NCBI GenBank assembly: GCA_002269645.1
Contig: NIVC01001115.1
Span: forward strand, 1 to 62,157
Source: Macrostomum lignano
Taxonomy: Eukaryota
Direction of reading: 5' to 3'
Length of the DNA: 62,157 bases
In this document: positions 22,684 to 36,790 of the stretch, one piece after another
Layout: each line of letters opens with the position of its first letter
Numbering within the stretch: the stretch's first letter is position 1
Made by a program: the position numbers and the translations under genes
Notes under the pieces: model-generated
Told to the model about the DNA's origin: nothing
Databases searched by the model: none
The model's input: only the letters and a program-made list of their open reading frames with translations

Positions 22684-24339
22684 TTAGCCCTAGGGTAGGC
22701 CTCTATCATGAAGTGAATGAATCTAGTTTGGCCCTATCAGCTAATGCCAATGGTCTAGGCTATCTATAGAGCCTAATTAGCTATTGTAGACCTATACTAT
22801 AGTTATTTATTAATTTATATAATAATATGGACTTCTGTGAGAATTTTTTATTTTTTATTTTTAATAATTATTTAGTCTCGACTATATGATAAATCTCATT
22901 TGTCTAAGTAAAAAATATTAGGCTTAATAAATCAAATCTCTTTGAATGAAGCCATTATAATTATTTGGCTTATGTTAATGTAACAAGGATTTTGTTCTAT
23001 CTCAAGAGCTATCTCACTGCTAATACTAAGTTGTCATAAGCTTATGCTTTTTTTTCTAGACCTATTTGCATTATATTAACCTTAGTCAGGAAAGTGCACC
23101 ATGTAAGCCACAATAAATCCTTAGTCAAATTTTTATCTATAGGCCTACACTATGTGCCTGGATGGAATTCTTGCAAAAAAATCACAACACATTATGCGAT
23201 TACACAAAAAAATGCGATTTTGCATCAAAAAATATGGAAAAAATGCGTTGCAGAATTTCAGACAAAATTGCTTATTGCTAATTTTTAATATATGCAGAAG
23301 TGTGCTTGAGATATTGGATTTTGCAAAAGATAATCCTACTAGCTAAGATCACAAAGAAAAAAAGAATGAAAAGTAAAAACTAAAGAAGGCACAAAAGTAA
23401 AAATTCGAAAAAATTCTATAAAAAGTAGAAACTCGTAACATTCTCTAACATATGTATTTGGACGAAAATTCAAATCACTACATTTTCTTAGAATGCATTT
23501 TTCATTATACTTCTTTTTTGTTCTTTCTTTTTCGTTTGTATATTTACCAAAACAAATATTTGGTAAAAAAACAAGTTTTTACCATTTTGCCACGTGCTAA
23601 GTACCAAAATAAAAAATGTGACCAATAAAAAATATTTTGCGCACCATAAAAAATTGCATAATTCTATTTGACTTAAGAAATACAAGAATTCCATCCTGGA
23701 CTATGTGCCAAGTAAAAAAGTGATATGCACCAAGAAAAAAGAAATGTATACTTTGTACTAGGCCACTTTAAAAAATATGCAACTTAAAGATTAAAGAAAA
23801 TAAGAATCATATTTTGAATTTTTTTAATGGAAATAAAATAATGATTGTCATAATATTTAAATTTTTTAGTACAAAATGTATTGTTTGTATATTTGGAAAA
23901 AACATTTTTGTGCTATTTGGACTAATTTTAATATTTGAAAAAGAAGCAAGTATGTTTACATGTCATACTTTATGTTTGGACTAAGATTTTACTATATAGA
24001 CTGTGTGCCAAATATAGCGTGCCATGTGCACCATATTGCACTATTTATGCTAGAAAATTCTGTTGCAATTATACTATAGTAAAAAATTGATAAAATCAAA
24101 TAACTGATATATGCGGAGTTGATTGCAACAAAACAGATATATAGGCATATAAAGGTAGGTTCATGTTTAAATATTAAAGGCAACAATTAGCAATAAGGTG
24201 CCAATACAATAAGGTGCAATAGTTAGTTCAATTTACTAGACTCAAGTAAATTTTCATGAGTTTAGCAAGTCACAATAGTAGGGCCAGCCAATCTAGGAAA
24301 AAAAACCAATTGTATTCCTTGTCTAACATCATGACTGTC

Positions 24340-25140
24340 TAGTTTATATAGTCCCTTAATGCCAATGGCCAATGTCTTAGAAGGTTGCTACTGCCTTGTA
24401 GTGGTTGAATTGCTCTCTTAGGAATTTCCAATGTGGCCAAATCTCTGAGCTTCACAATTAGGCCATTATTCTTGCCTAAAAATGTGGTGCATATACATGC
24501 ATAAATAAATGCAGCTGTGATTATGGATCTAGAATTTATATTCATGAGCCCTTGATATGCCTTACCTTGCATTGTATTGCATAAGTTTGTCATTGCAGAA
24601 ACAATGCCTTCAGAAAGCAATTTAAAGCAATAGAGAATTATTTACACAATATACTTTATGCCTTCAGCCATAGCATCTATCAACTCCTCAGCTCCAAGAA
24701 AGAGCAACTACAATAGCAAAGAGCAAGAGCCTTCTCCAATGATAAGTTGAATGATAGAGATAGCACAATTAACCATGATTGGTCATGCTTTGTCCCTTTG
24801 TCTAGAAAGATTGAGAATGGGATAAGATTAGTCTGATTAGACATCTTATCTGTGACACAGAACACTTGGTCCTTTTTTGCCACTAGTGCAGAGAAACATA
24901 TGCTTTCTTCCATTGATTTGGCATTGACTTTATTGCACTTCTTGGTCTATTAATTGGACTTGGATTTGAAAAATCCAGTAATTGATAGTCTTTGCCCAAC
25001 TCAATGGCCAACTAGTGCTTCTTGGTAGCAGAGTACTATTGTAAAGCAGTGATTTCATGTTGCTTAATGGATATAACTCCACAGAAAATGCACTTGGCAA
25101 CATCTGGCATTGTGGCTTTTTTGCACCATGAACTAATGAG
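24340..25140 (-). pseudogene. Heavily decayed transposase-like remnant (BED-type zinc-finger-like start)
   Basis: Manual minus-strand translation near 25130-25020 gives SWCKKATMPDVAKCIFCGVISIKQHEITALQ*YSATKKH*, resembling hAT-type C2H2 fingers, with stop codons. Resemblance only. Confidence 0.3.
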
Positions 25141-27089
25141 CTGATTATTGGCAACTATCTTTGTCTTTCAACAGCCAGTCATTGCACCAGGTAGTATTTT
25201 GAGACATTTATAAATTGCTAAAACAGTATATGATTAATAAAATTTTGGATGATTAATGGCACTTGTACCTGCACTCTGTCTCATATTATTAAGCAATTAA
25301 AAAACAGCAATTAGCAACAGTGGTGTCCAAAAAAGTTAAACAGTTTATTTCAATCTGACAATGTTAGAATAATGAACAAGGACAAGTTGCATTTACCATA
25401 TCACCTATTTCAATGGCTTAATTTATGCATAAATATAATCTGTAGAGTCAAAATGGAGGTGATGATTAGAATATTTTTAGTGTAATTTTTTAAAAAGTAT
25501 AGGTTTTCAGTGCAGTTTCCAAAATAGCATAGTGCATTGAAACAGCGCAATAGCAGTCACATTACCTAGCATAGCCTTGACCATGTATGAATAGACCAGT
25601 GCCATTGCCTGCATCACTAGCAAGGCAGCCCACCTATGCTCTAGGCTATTTATCTTTAGTTGTTGACAAAGGTGATATTTTTGGTCTTTTATTGCTTCCA
25701 CTTGGTGCCTTTGGCTGTGTTGGCAATTTATTAGTGCTTTATTTTTGTCTATGCCTGGCCCTAGCTGGAGCTTCCTTTTTTCAGATAACTTGCCAATCAG
25801 ATCTTGCAGAATATCCATAGAATGATCCATTGTATTTCTCTTTGGATAGCTCTTAAAAGTTTGTTGAATTATGTTATTGCAAGGGGTTCATATTTATAGG
25901 TGGGCTAGCAGGGAATTGGACTGCATAAATGTGTTCCTCCTTGCACCTTGGGTGGGATTGGGATATGCCAGAAATGACAGATTTGCACTATTGTTTCCGT
26001 TTTCTTTTTTTATGTTTTTTATTTTTGAGATATTTTCTTGAGTAATATGTCAAATTAAAGATTGCATGCATATATATTGTATGTATTTCTTCTAGTCTTG
26101 GGTGTTCCCAAGATTAGAGGGTTATAACCTTGGGTATTCTATAAGTATGCTTTAAAATCTACTATCTACTTTGTCTCCTGTTACTTTAGTTTTCTACTTA
26201 TCAGTAGTATATATGGTACACATTTTTTCTACTTCACTTCACTGAAAAATAAACCAAAGTTGAATTGAATTCTCAAAGTTTTTACTTAGAACAATTTTAA
26301 TAAAAGTTTTGAAACAAAACTAAAAAAAATTAAGACTGATTAAAAAATTAAGTGCAGAAAAGATTTCAAGAAATACAACACATTTAAACAAAAAAGTTTC
26401 ATTAGATTTGTACAGAAGGCTATTATCACAAGTACTAAATTTAAGCATGTTAATTGTTGTTATTCAATAAAAATAACAGAACAATTCTTTAGCTAAATAA
26501 AACATCACTAATTTTTTGTTTAAATGGCAAATTAGGCAAAAGTATGAGGTTTTTAATGGTTCAAATGCATTCAAAAAGTTGTTTTTTAGACTTTTTATCT
26601 ATAAAAATATTCTTCCATAAGCTCAAAAGGAAAATTGTATCTTGTCAGTAGAATTATATAAAGTGGGCTGGGCTTATTAAGTATTTAATTTTTCATTAGT
26701 AAATATTAATAGATGTACAATATCAGAATTTTAATATGTAGTATATAGATAGGCCATTTGCAGTATATCTTTACTAATCTTAGCATATTGACATTAATGT
26801 TGGACTTACGGTGTTTTAGGTACACAACTGAGTCAATCCCCATGATAATCAGCATAATTACCATAGTGATCAATCAACTATACTTGCAGAGAGCATAGGG
26901 CGTTCCTTGGAACTTTAGAAATCTTTATTATTGATTATATTGTGAATGTTGCGAAAAATGACAAAATTTCGTCCTCTTATTTAAAAATAGCTAAAAACTC
27001 TGATTTTGCGACTGATATAAGAGTAGATGAGCATATATTTTGCGAGTAACATATCTAGCTAATTGTCGTCGCTGTATTGACCGCTGCAG

Positions 27090-29826
27090 TCGTCGGATTC
27101 GCGTCACACTGGCATCAGCTGCGACGGCTGCGGCCAGCGCGCCTTCACCGGGCGGCGCTACAAATGCCTTCGCTGTCACGATTTCGACTTGTGCGGCCCC
27201 TGCTTTGACACCGCCAATTTTGGCGCCTCGGAATTTCGGCGAGCGGCGCGCGGCATTCCAGGCGGAGAGCACGAGGCCTCGCATCCGATGCAGTGTGTCC
27301 TGAGTCCGCAGATGCTGCGAATCTACTACTGTGAGGATTTCAGCGATCCCAGCGGCGGTGGCATTGTTCCCGGGGGTACTGGCGCCATGTCTTTCACCTG
27401 TCCATTGTGCGGCCGGCTGGGTCTGTCCGAGAATGGCCTGGCGGATCACGTTGTGTCCGAGCATGCGGACGATTCCGTGAGTTTTCTGAACTGCATTCTG
27501 CTCAAGTTTTTAGTTGCGGGTCAAAGATTTGGGATTAGGGATCTAAGATTGGAATTGGGGATCTAAGATTGGTATTTAATGGATATAAGATGCGGATTTT
27601 ATGGATCTAAGATTGGGATTGGGGATCTAAGATTGGTATTTTATGGATCTAAGATTAGTATTTTATGGATCTAAGATTGGGATTTTATGGATCTAAGATT
27701 GGGATTTTATGGATCTAAGATTAGTATTTTATGAATCTAAGATTGGTATTTTATGGATGTAAGATTGGTATTTTATGGATCTAAGATTGGGATTTTATGG
27801 ATCTAAGATTGAGATTTTATGGATCTAAGATTGGGATTTTATGGATCTAAGATTGGTATTTTATGGATCTAAGATTGGTATTTTATGGATCTAAGATTGG
27901 TATTTTATGGATCTAAGATTGGGATTTTATGTATCTAAGATTGGGATTTTATGTATCTAAGATTGGTATTTTATGGATCTAAGATTGGTATTTTATGGAT
28001 CTAAGATTGGGATTTTATGGATCTAAGATTGGGATTTTATGTATCTAAGATTGGGATTTAATGGATCTAAGATTGGGATTAGGGATGTAAAATTGAGATT
28101 TTATGGATCTAAGATCGGGATTTTATGGATCTAAGATTGAGATTTTATGGATCTAAGATCGGGATTTTATGGATCTAAGATTGGGATTTTATGGATCTAA
28201 AATTGGGATAAGGGATCTAAGATTGGGATTTTATGGATCTAAAATTTGGGATAAGGGATCTAAAATTAGGACTTCTTGCCCCAACGTCCCCCAACCCGCC
28301 AGGCCGGTCCGGACGTTGTCTGCCCAGTCTGCGCCTGCGTGCCCAGCAGCGGCCCCTGCCCGCGCATGCGCAGCCTTGTGCGCCACCTGCTGCGCGACCA
28401 CGCCGCCGACGCCGCCGCAACAGCCGCAGCGGCAGCCGCTTCAGGCGGCGCCTCCTCCGCTGCCGCCGCAGCCGCCGCGGCGAACCGACGACGCCACCCC
28501 GCCGGCGACCCGATCACGGAGCTGCTGGCTCAGCTGGGCGGCAGGGCGCCGTCCAATTTGGAGTTGCAGCTGCGCAGGTCGCGCCTTCTCGAACGGCATC
28601 CGATGATATCCGGCAGTTCCACGGCGACGGCTACGGCGACGGCTACGTCTACAGCGACTGCGGGCGCTGCTGCATCGGCGCCGGCTGCAGAGACAGCACA
28701 GGCCGTGGCTAGTAAAAAACAGCAGCAGCAGCAGCAGTCACATAGCCAGCGGTATCCGCTGCTGCACGCTCTGGCTGCCGCTGATGCATCGGCCGCAGCC
28801 AACTCCGAAGCTGCTGCTGCCCTTGATGCCCAGGTAATTGGCGGTTTTCGCTTTTGAAATTCAGAATTTCGGGTTTCCAGATGCGGGGTATTGGGATTCT
28901 GAAATGGGGTATTGGGATTCTGAAGGGGGTATTGGGATTCAGAAGTGGAGTATTGGGATTCTGAAGTGGGTATTGGGATTCTGAAATGGGGTATTTGGAT
29001 TCTGAAGTGAGGTATTGGGATTCTAAAGTGGGTATTGTGAATCTGAAGGGGGGTATTGGGATTCAGAAGTGAGGTATTGGGATTCTAAAGTGGGTATTGT
29101 GAATCTGAAAGGGTATTGGGATTCAGAAGTTGGGTATTGGGAGTCTGAAGGGGGTATTGTGAATCTGAAGGGGGTATTGGGATTCAGAAGTGGAGTATTG
29201 GGATTCTGAAATGGGGTATTAAGATTATGAAATGGGGTATTGAGATTCAGAAGTGAGGTATTGGGATTCTGAAGTGAGGTATTGGGATTTTGAAGTGGGT
29301 ATTGGGATTCAGAAGTGAGGTATTGGGATTCTGAAGTGAGGTATTGGGATTCTGAAGTGGGTATTGGGATTCAGAAGTGGGGTATTGGGATTCTGAAGTG
29401 AGGTATTGGGATTCTGAAGTGGGTATTGGGATTCTGAAATGGGGTATTGGGATTGAGAAGTGAGGTATTGGGATTCTAAAGTGGGTATTGTGAATCTGAA
29501 GGGGGTATTGGGATTCAGAAGTGGGGTATTGAGATTCTGAAATGGGGTATTGGGATTCTGAAGTGGGGTATTAGGATTTAGAAGTGGGGTATTGGGATTC
29601 AGAAGCGTGGTATTGGGATTCAAAAGTAGGGTGTTGGGATCATATATTGTGGTTTGCAATTGCGATTCGGGTTAAAAATCTTGGGTGAATTATTAAATGA
29701 CCTGACAAAGCCTGCAGTAGAGATAAGATGACCTTTCTTTTCCCGATTCACCAGGTCGCCAGTCGCCTTGCAGCTCAGCTGACCAACGGATTGCTGCAGC
29801 TTGGCGACTTTGATGACGCCGCGTGA
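27090..29826 (+). CDS. KCMF1: KCMF1-like E3 ligase (ZZ zinc finger + Di19-type C2H2 fingers); exons about 27090-27476, 28303-28833, 29755-29826
   Basis: [62 protein letters not shown] | [20 protein letters not shown] parallels KCMF1. Phase-0 GT-AG junctions. Start codon not found; last exon less certain. Confidence 0.85.
27525..28270 (+). repeat. Intronic minisatellite, 22-bp unit GGATCTAAGATTGG(G/T)ATTTTAT
   Basis: Direct tandem array inside the KCMF1-like intron. Confidence 0.95.
28880..29640 (+). repeat. Intronic minisatellite, about 21-bp unit GGGGTATTGGGATTCTGAAGT
   Basis: Direct tandem array inside the next intron. Confidence 0.95.
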
Positions 29827-30049
29827 CTGATGCAGTTTTGGCACGCCTGATTTTACCTGGAACTGTCGTCAGCTTATAGAGATTGTAATTTAATTTGAAG
29901 TAAGATCGTTTCAAAATATTTTGTTTCTGTTAGGTGAGACTGTTTCCTGACTAAAATGCTGTTCATTCTCTTAGCTGGTCATGCTCTCGTATCGGTATGA
30001 CCTCATCCTGTCCTGTAGTACAATCCTGATCATCAATCATTTTTCAGTA

Positions 30050-30490
30050 TTATGACCCTCTCAATCTGCTCATTGTTCAGTAGCAGCATGACCCCCTCAA
30101 TCTGCTCATTGTTCAGTAGCAGCATGACCCCCTCAATCTGCTCATTGTGACATGGGCATGACGCCATGACCCCTAATCTGCTCATTCTGACATAAACATG
30201 ACCCCTAATCTGCTCATTCTGACATAAACATGACCCCTAATCTGCTCATTCTGACATAAACATGACCCCTAATCTGCTCATTCTGACATGAGCATGACCC
30301 CTAATCTGCTAATTCTGACATGAGCATGACCCCTAATCTGCTCATTCTGACATGGCATGACCCCTAATCTGCTCGTTCTGACATGAGTATGACCCCTAAT
30401 CTGCTCATTCTGACATGGCATGACCCCTAATCTGCTCATTCTGACATAAACATGACCCCTAATCTGCTCATTCTGACATGACCATGATCA
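30050..30490 (+). repeat. Minisatellite, about 32-bp unit CATGACCCCTAATCTGCTCATTCTGACATAAA
   Basis: Direct tandem array. Confidence 0.95.
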
Positions 30491-30954
30491 CAAGTTCCCA
30501 TAATCTGGTCATGCACAACCCCAGTCTGTCCTTCATAAGGATTAAAACTATTATTAACAATTTGATATCACGGCGCTTTCACACTCAAGTTAGCCGGCGT
30601 TACGTGTGCTCTGATTGCTAATATTTACCTTCAGCCCTTATGGAGTACCCTGCTCTGCTCATATAAATCAATTTAGTGAAGTTCGGAAATTCTGTTAGAC
30701 AAAGCAGTGTGTAAATTATTATAATATTTATTATAGAGATGTGTTAGTCTTTCTGCGACCCCATTATCTCTGATTCTATCTATAGAATCAACTTCAAGAT
30801 AATTGTATTCTAACTAACATTGCTGACAATAATAAATTATTATTGACATTTTTATAGCTATTAGTTAATATGCTGCTTAATTCGTTATTTCTCTATACTC
30901 TGCAGTTTTTTACATGTTATTCAAGCTGTCATTTTAAAGAGGAATCTTACTTTG

Positions 30955-32030
30955 TGTATGCACCCTTATATCTAGATCCTTATTTTAAGTAATAATCACC
31001 CATATATCTAGATCCTTATTTTAAGTAATAATCACCCATATATCTAGATCCTTATTTTGAGTAGGCACCCTTATATCTAGATCATCATTTTGAGCATATC
31101 TAGATCCTCATTTTCAGTAGGCACCCTTATATCTAGTTTCTCATTTTGAGCATATCTAGATCCTCATTTTGAGTAGGCACCCATATATCTAGATCCTCAT
31201 TTTGAGTAGGCACCCTTATATCTAGTTCCTCATTTTGAGCATATCTAGATCCTCATTTTGAGTAGGCACCCTTATATCTAGTTCCTCATTTTGAGCATAT
31301 CTAGATCCTCATTTTGAGTAGGCACCCATATATCTAGATCCTCATTTTGAGTAGGCACCCTTATATCTAGATCCTCATTTTGAGTAGGCACCCTTATATC
31401 TAGTTCCTCATTTTGAGCATATCTAGATCCTCATTTTGAGTAGGCACCCTTATATCTAGTTCCTCATTTTGAGCATATCTAGATCCTCATTTTGAGTAGG
31501 CACCCATATATCTAGATCCTCATTTTGAGCATATCTAGATCCTCATTTTGAGTAGGCACCCTTATATCTAGTTCCTCATTTTGAGCATATCTAGATCCTC
31601 ATTTTGAGTAGGCACCCTTATATCTAGTTCCTCATTTTGAGCATATCTAGATCCTCATTTTGAGTAGGCACCCATATATCTAGATCCTCATTTTGAGTAG
31701 GCACCCTTATATCTAGATCCTCATTTTGAGTAGGCACCCTTATATCTAGATCCTCATTTTGAGCATATCTAGATCCTCATTTGGGCATATCTAGATCATC
31801 ATTTTGAGTAGGCACCCTTATATCTAGATCCTCATTTTGAGCATATCTAGATCCTCATTTTGAGCATATCTAGATCCTCATTTTGAGCATATCTAGATCC
31901 TCATGTTGGGCATATCTAGATCATCATTTTGAGTAGGCACCCTTATATCTAGATCCTCATTTTGAGCATATCTAGATCCTCATTTTGAGCATATCTAGAT
32001 CCTCATTTTGAGTAGGCACCCATATATTTC
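30955..32030 (+). repeat. Minisatellite with mixed 33-bp and 23-bp units (core ATATCTAGATCCTCATTTTGAG)
   Basis: Long (..TAGGCACCCTT..) and short variants often alternate as 56-bp dimers. Confidence 0.95.
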
Positions 32031-33049
32031 ATCTTATTTTTTGAGTAAGCACCGTCCTTATTCTTAGGTTAAAAATAGGAATTATTTAATTATTGTTTTC
32101 AACTCGCGCTAAAGGCTGTACCGCTTTCATCTCGCTAACATTGATTGAACGCCAAAACTGTGTGTTGAAATGTGTATTATACCCCGATTCATAAAGCCAA
32201 GCTAGACTAAAACTTGTCTGTTTAATTTGTCTTTTGCCTGTCCGTAGATCAATTATTAATAGCAGAGTTGTACGTGCACATGCATGTACTTTAAGTTCGT
32301 AGTTGCTTTGTTAATTGCTGTGTTAGCTTGTGTGCTTCAGATTCTCATTGGTTTCCTTCTGTATTCAGCATTACGGTGCATTGAAGATAAAAAATTAACG
32401 AAAATAATTTTAACATATTTGATTCAGTTTCCTATATACTAAAAATGAGTTGTCTGTATGTATGTGGGTAGGTATGCGATAGATTTCAGAAAAATTGGCT
32501 CAACCGATTTTCTTCAAACTTGCACCATTCGATCAGAAATTTTCCTGGGACGGTACATGCATCTGGGCTAAGAAATTGCTCAATGATAAAGGGATTAAAT
32601 ATTCGAAAAACATGCTTTTTTGCAAAGGTCAAGCCAAATTTTTGACTTGAATTGCATTGTAAGAATGCTAGAGAAAAAAACTGACTGACTGAATTCTGAT
32701 TGTGATAAAGATTGCATCACAACAAGTTGAAAACAGTGTCAAAGAAATGCACACACGACTTGAATGAAATTGCGTAACCATATTGGCAACTTAAATTGAG
32801 ACTGATTCTGGCTGACTGAGAAATTGATTATGTCATAACTTTTTACTCCAATTGACTTGCTGTAAGAATTGAATTATATAAGGGCCACAATTTATGTTCT
32901 CCAATTGAAAAAGATAGCCCAGATGCGAACAGACTGGACTGCTAATGTAGCGACTTGGGTTCGAATCTTAGTAGGGCAAAAAAGATTTTTTTTTATTAAA
33001 ACACCTTAAAAACACAAAACTTCTAAACATAAAAGAAGCGCAATGTCAA

Positions 33050-36000
33050 ACATAGAAGAGCCACCATGTCGAACATAAAAGAGCTAACATATCGAATATT
33101 AAAGAGCCACCATGTCAAACCTAAACGAGCCACCATGTCTAATATTTAAGAGGCACCATATAAAACATATAAGTGACTTTATGTCAAACATAAAAGAGCC
33201 ACCATTTCGAACATTAAACAGCCACCATTTCGAAATTAAAGAGCCACCATGTCGAAAATAAAAGAGCCACTATTTCGACCATTAAAGAGCCACCATTTCG
33301 AACATTAAAGAGCCACCATGTCGACCATAAAAGAGCCACTATTTCGAACATCAAAGAGCCACTATGTCAAACATTTAGGAGCCACTTTTTCGAACATTAA
33401 AGAGCCACCATATCGAACATAAAAGAGCCACTATTTTATACATTAAAGAGCCACCATTTCGAACATAAAAGAGCCACCATGTCTATCATTAAAGAGCCAC
33501 CATGTCAAAAATTCAAAAGCCACATTGTCAAACATTAAAGAGCCACTATGTCAAACATTTAGGAGCCACTTTGTCGAACATTAAAGAGCCACCATGTCAA
33601 ACATAAAAGAGCCAACACGTCAGACTTTAAAAAAGCCACCGTATCAAATATAAAAGAGTTACCATGTAGAACAAAAAAGAGCCACCATTTCGAACGAAAA
33701 CGAGCCACCATGTCAAACATAAAAGAGCCAACATATCGAATATTAAAGAGCCACCATGTCGAACATTAAAGAGCTACCACGTCAAACCTAAACGAGCCAC
33801 CATGTCTAATATTTAGGAGGCACCATGTAAAACATATAAGTGACTTTATGTCAAACATTAAAGAGCCACCATGTCAAACATAAAAGAGCCAACATGTCAA
33901 ACATAAAGAGCCACCATGTCAAACATTTAAGAGCCACCATGTCAAACATATATGTGACTTTGTGTTAAACATTAAAGAGCCACCATTTCGAACATTAAAG
34001 AGCCACCATGTCAAACATGAAAGAGCTATAACATGAAGAATATTAAAGAGCCACCATGTCGAACATAAAAGAGCTGCCATGTAAAATAACAAAGAGCTAC
34101 CAAGTTAAACATAAAAGAGCCACCATGTAAAACATTAAAGAGCCACCATGTGAAACATTAAAGAGCCACCATGTTAAACATTTAAGAGCCTTCGTGTCAA
34201 ACCTAGAAGAGCCACCATGTCGAACATAACAGAGCTACCATGTCAAACATTAAAGAGCCACCATGTCAAACATTCAAAAGCCACATTGTCAAACATTGAA
34301 GAGCCACTATGTCAAACATTAAAGAGCCACCATTTTGAACATTAAAGAGCCACTATGTCAAACATAAAAGAGCCAACATGTCAGACATTAAAAAAGCCAC
34401 CGTATCAAATAAAAAGAGTTAACATGTAGAACAAAAAAGAGCCACCATTTCGAACATAAAAGAGCCAACATGTCAAACATAAAGAGCCACCATGTCAAAC
34501 ATTTAAGAGCCACCATGTCAAACATATATGTGACTTTATGTCAAACATTAAAGAGCCACCATTTCGAACATTAAAGAGCCACCATTTCGAACATTAAAGA
34601 GCCACCATTTCGAACATTAAAGAGCCACCATTTCGAACATTAAAGAGCCACTATTTCGAACATTAAAGAGCCACCATGTCAAACATGAAAGAGCTATAAC
34701 ATGAAGAATATTAAAGAGCCACCATGTCGAACATTAAAGAGCCACCATGTCGAACATTTAAGAGCCACCATGTTAAACCTAAAAGAGCCACCATGTTAAA
34801 CCTAAAAGAGCCACCATGTTAAACCTAAAAGAGCCACCATGTCGAACATTAAAGAGCCACCATGTCAAACATTAAAGAGCCACCATGTCGAACATTAACG
34901 AGCCACCATGTCAAACACTAAAGAGCCACCATGTCAAACATAAAAGAGCCACTATGTCAAACACTAAAGAGCCACCATGTCAAATATAAAAGAGCCACTA
35001 TGTCAAACATTAAGGAGACACCATGTCAGACATAAAAAAACCCCGAATCAAACATAAAAGAGCCACCATGTCAAACATAAAAGAGCCACCATGTAGAACA
35101 TAAAAAGCCACCATGTAAAACATAAAAGAGCCACCATGAAGAACATTAAAGAGCCACCATGTCGAACACTAAAGAGCCACAATGTCAAAACATAAAAGAG
35201 CCACCATGTCAAACATTAAAGAGCCACCATGTCAAACATTAAAGAGACACCATGTCAGACATAAAAATCCCCGAATCAAACATAAAAGAGCCACCATGTC
35301 GAACATAAAAGAGCCACCATGTAGAACATAAAATAGTCACCATGAAGAACATTAAAGAGCCACCATGTCAAACATAAAAAGCCACCATGTAAAACATAAA
35401 AGAGCCACCATGAAGAACATTAAAGAGCCACCATGTCGAACACTAAAGAGCCACAATGTCAAAACATAAAAGAGCCAGAATGTCAAACATAAAAGAGCCA
35501 CCATGTCAAACATTAAAGAGCCACCATGTCAAACATAAAAGATACACAATTCCAAACTTAAAAGTAAGCGTCATGCCAATTTTAAAGGAGCCACTATAGA
35601 GCTAAGGAAATTGTTGTACTAGCTACTTATTGTCTGGTGGATGCTTACTATTTGGGGATGCTTGCTATCTCGGGGATGCTTGCTATCTGGGAGGGGGAAT
35701 GCTTCCTATTTGGGGGATGCTTACTATCTGGGGGATGCTTGCTATCTGGGGGAATATTAAAGAGCCACTATGTCGAACATTAAAGAGCCACCATGTCAAA
35801 CATTAAAGAGCCACTATGTCAAACATTAAGGAGACACCATGTCAGACATAAAAAAACCCCGAATCAAACATAAAAGAGCCACCATGTCAAACATAAAAGA
35901 GCCACCATGTAGAACATAAAAAGCCACCATGTAAAACATAAAAGAGCCACCATGAAGAACATTAAAGAGCCACCATGTCGAACACTAAAGAGCCACAATG

Positions 36001-36400
36001 TCAAAACATAAAAGAGCCACCATGTCAAACATTAAAGAGCCACCATGTCAAACATTAAAGAGACACCATGTCAGACATAAAAATCCCCGAATCAAACATA
36101 AAAGAGCCACCATGTCGAACATAAAAGAGCCACCATGTAGAACATTAAATAGTCACCATGAAGAACATTAAAGAGCCACCATGTCAAACATAAAAAGCCA
36201 CCATGTAAAACATAAAAGAGCCACCATGAAGAACATTAAAGAGCCACCATGTCGAACACTAAAGAGCCACAATGTCAAAACATAAAAGAGCCACAATGTC
36301 AAACATAAAAGAGCCACCATGTCAAACATTAAAGAGCCACCATGTCAAACATAAAAGATACACAATTCCAAACTTAAAAGTAAGCGTCATGCCAATTTTA
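33050..36400 (+). repeat. Large 23-bp satellite AAAGAGCCACCATGTC(A/G)AACAT(T/A), interrupted at about 35560-35755
   Basis: Period 23 measured at 34561/34584; more than 100 degenerate units. Confidence 0.95.
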
Positions 36401-36444
36401 AAGGAGCCACTATAGAGCTAAGGAAATTGTTGCACTAGCTACTT

Positions 36445-36790
36445 ATTGTCTGGTGGATGCTTACTATTTGGGGATGCTTGCTATCTCGGGGATGCTTGCT
36501 ATTTGGGGAATGCTTGCTATCTGGGGGATGCTTGCTATTTGGGGATGCTTGCTATCTGGGGGATGCTTGCTATTTGGGGATGCTTGCTATCTGGGGGATG
36601 CTTGCTATTTGGGGGATGCTTGCTATCCGGGGGATGCTTGCTATCTGGGGGATGCTTGCTATCTGGGGGATGCTTGCTATTTGGGGGATGCTTGCTATCT
36701 GGGGGATGCTTGCTATCCGGGGGATGCTTGCAATCTGGGGGATGCTTGCTATCTGGGGGATGCTTGCTGTTTTGGGATGATTTCATCTTG
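36445..36790 (+). repeat. 17-18-bp satellite GGGGATGCTTGCTAT(C/T)T(G); partial copy also at 35630-35755
   Basis: Direct tandem array. Confidence 0.95.

Noticed and set aside
32935-32975. tRNA gene
   Set aside because: Only a B-box-like motif is present; there is no convincing A-box or cloverleaf.
33050-36400. Each 23-bp unit contains the Kozak-like GCCACCATG
   Set aside because: Downstream frames close within a few units, there is no promoter or splice context, and the match is most simply a chance feature of one amplified monomer.
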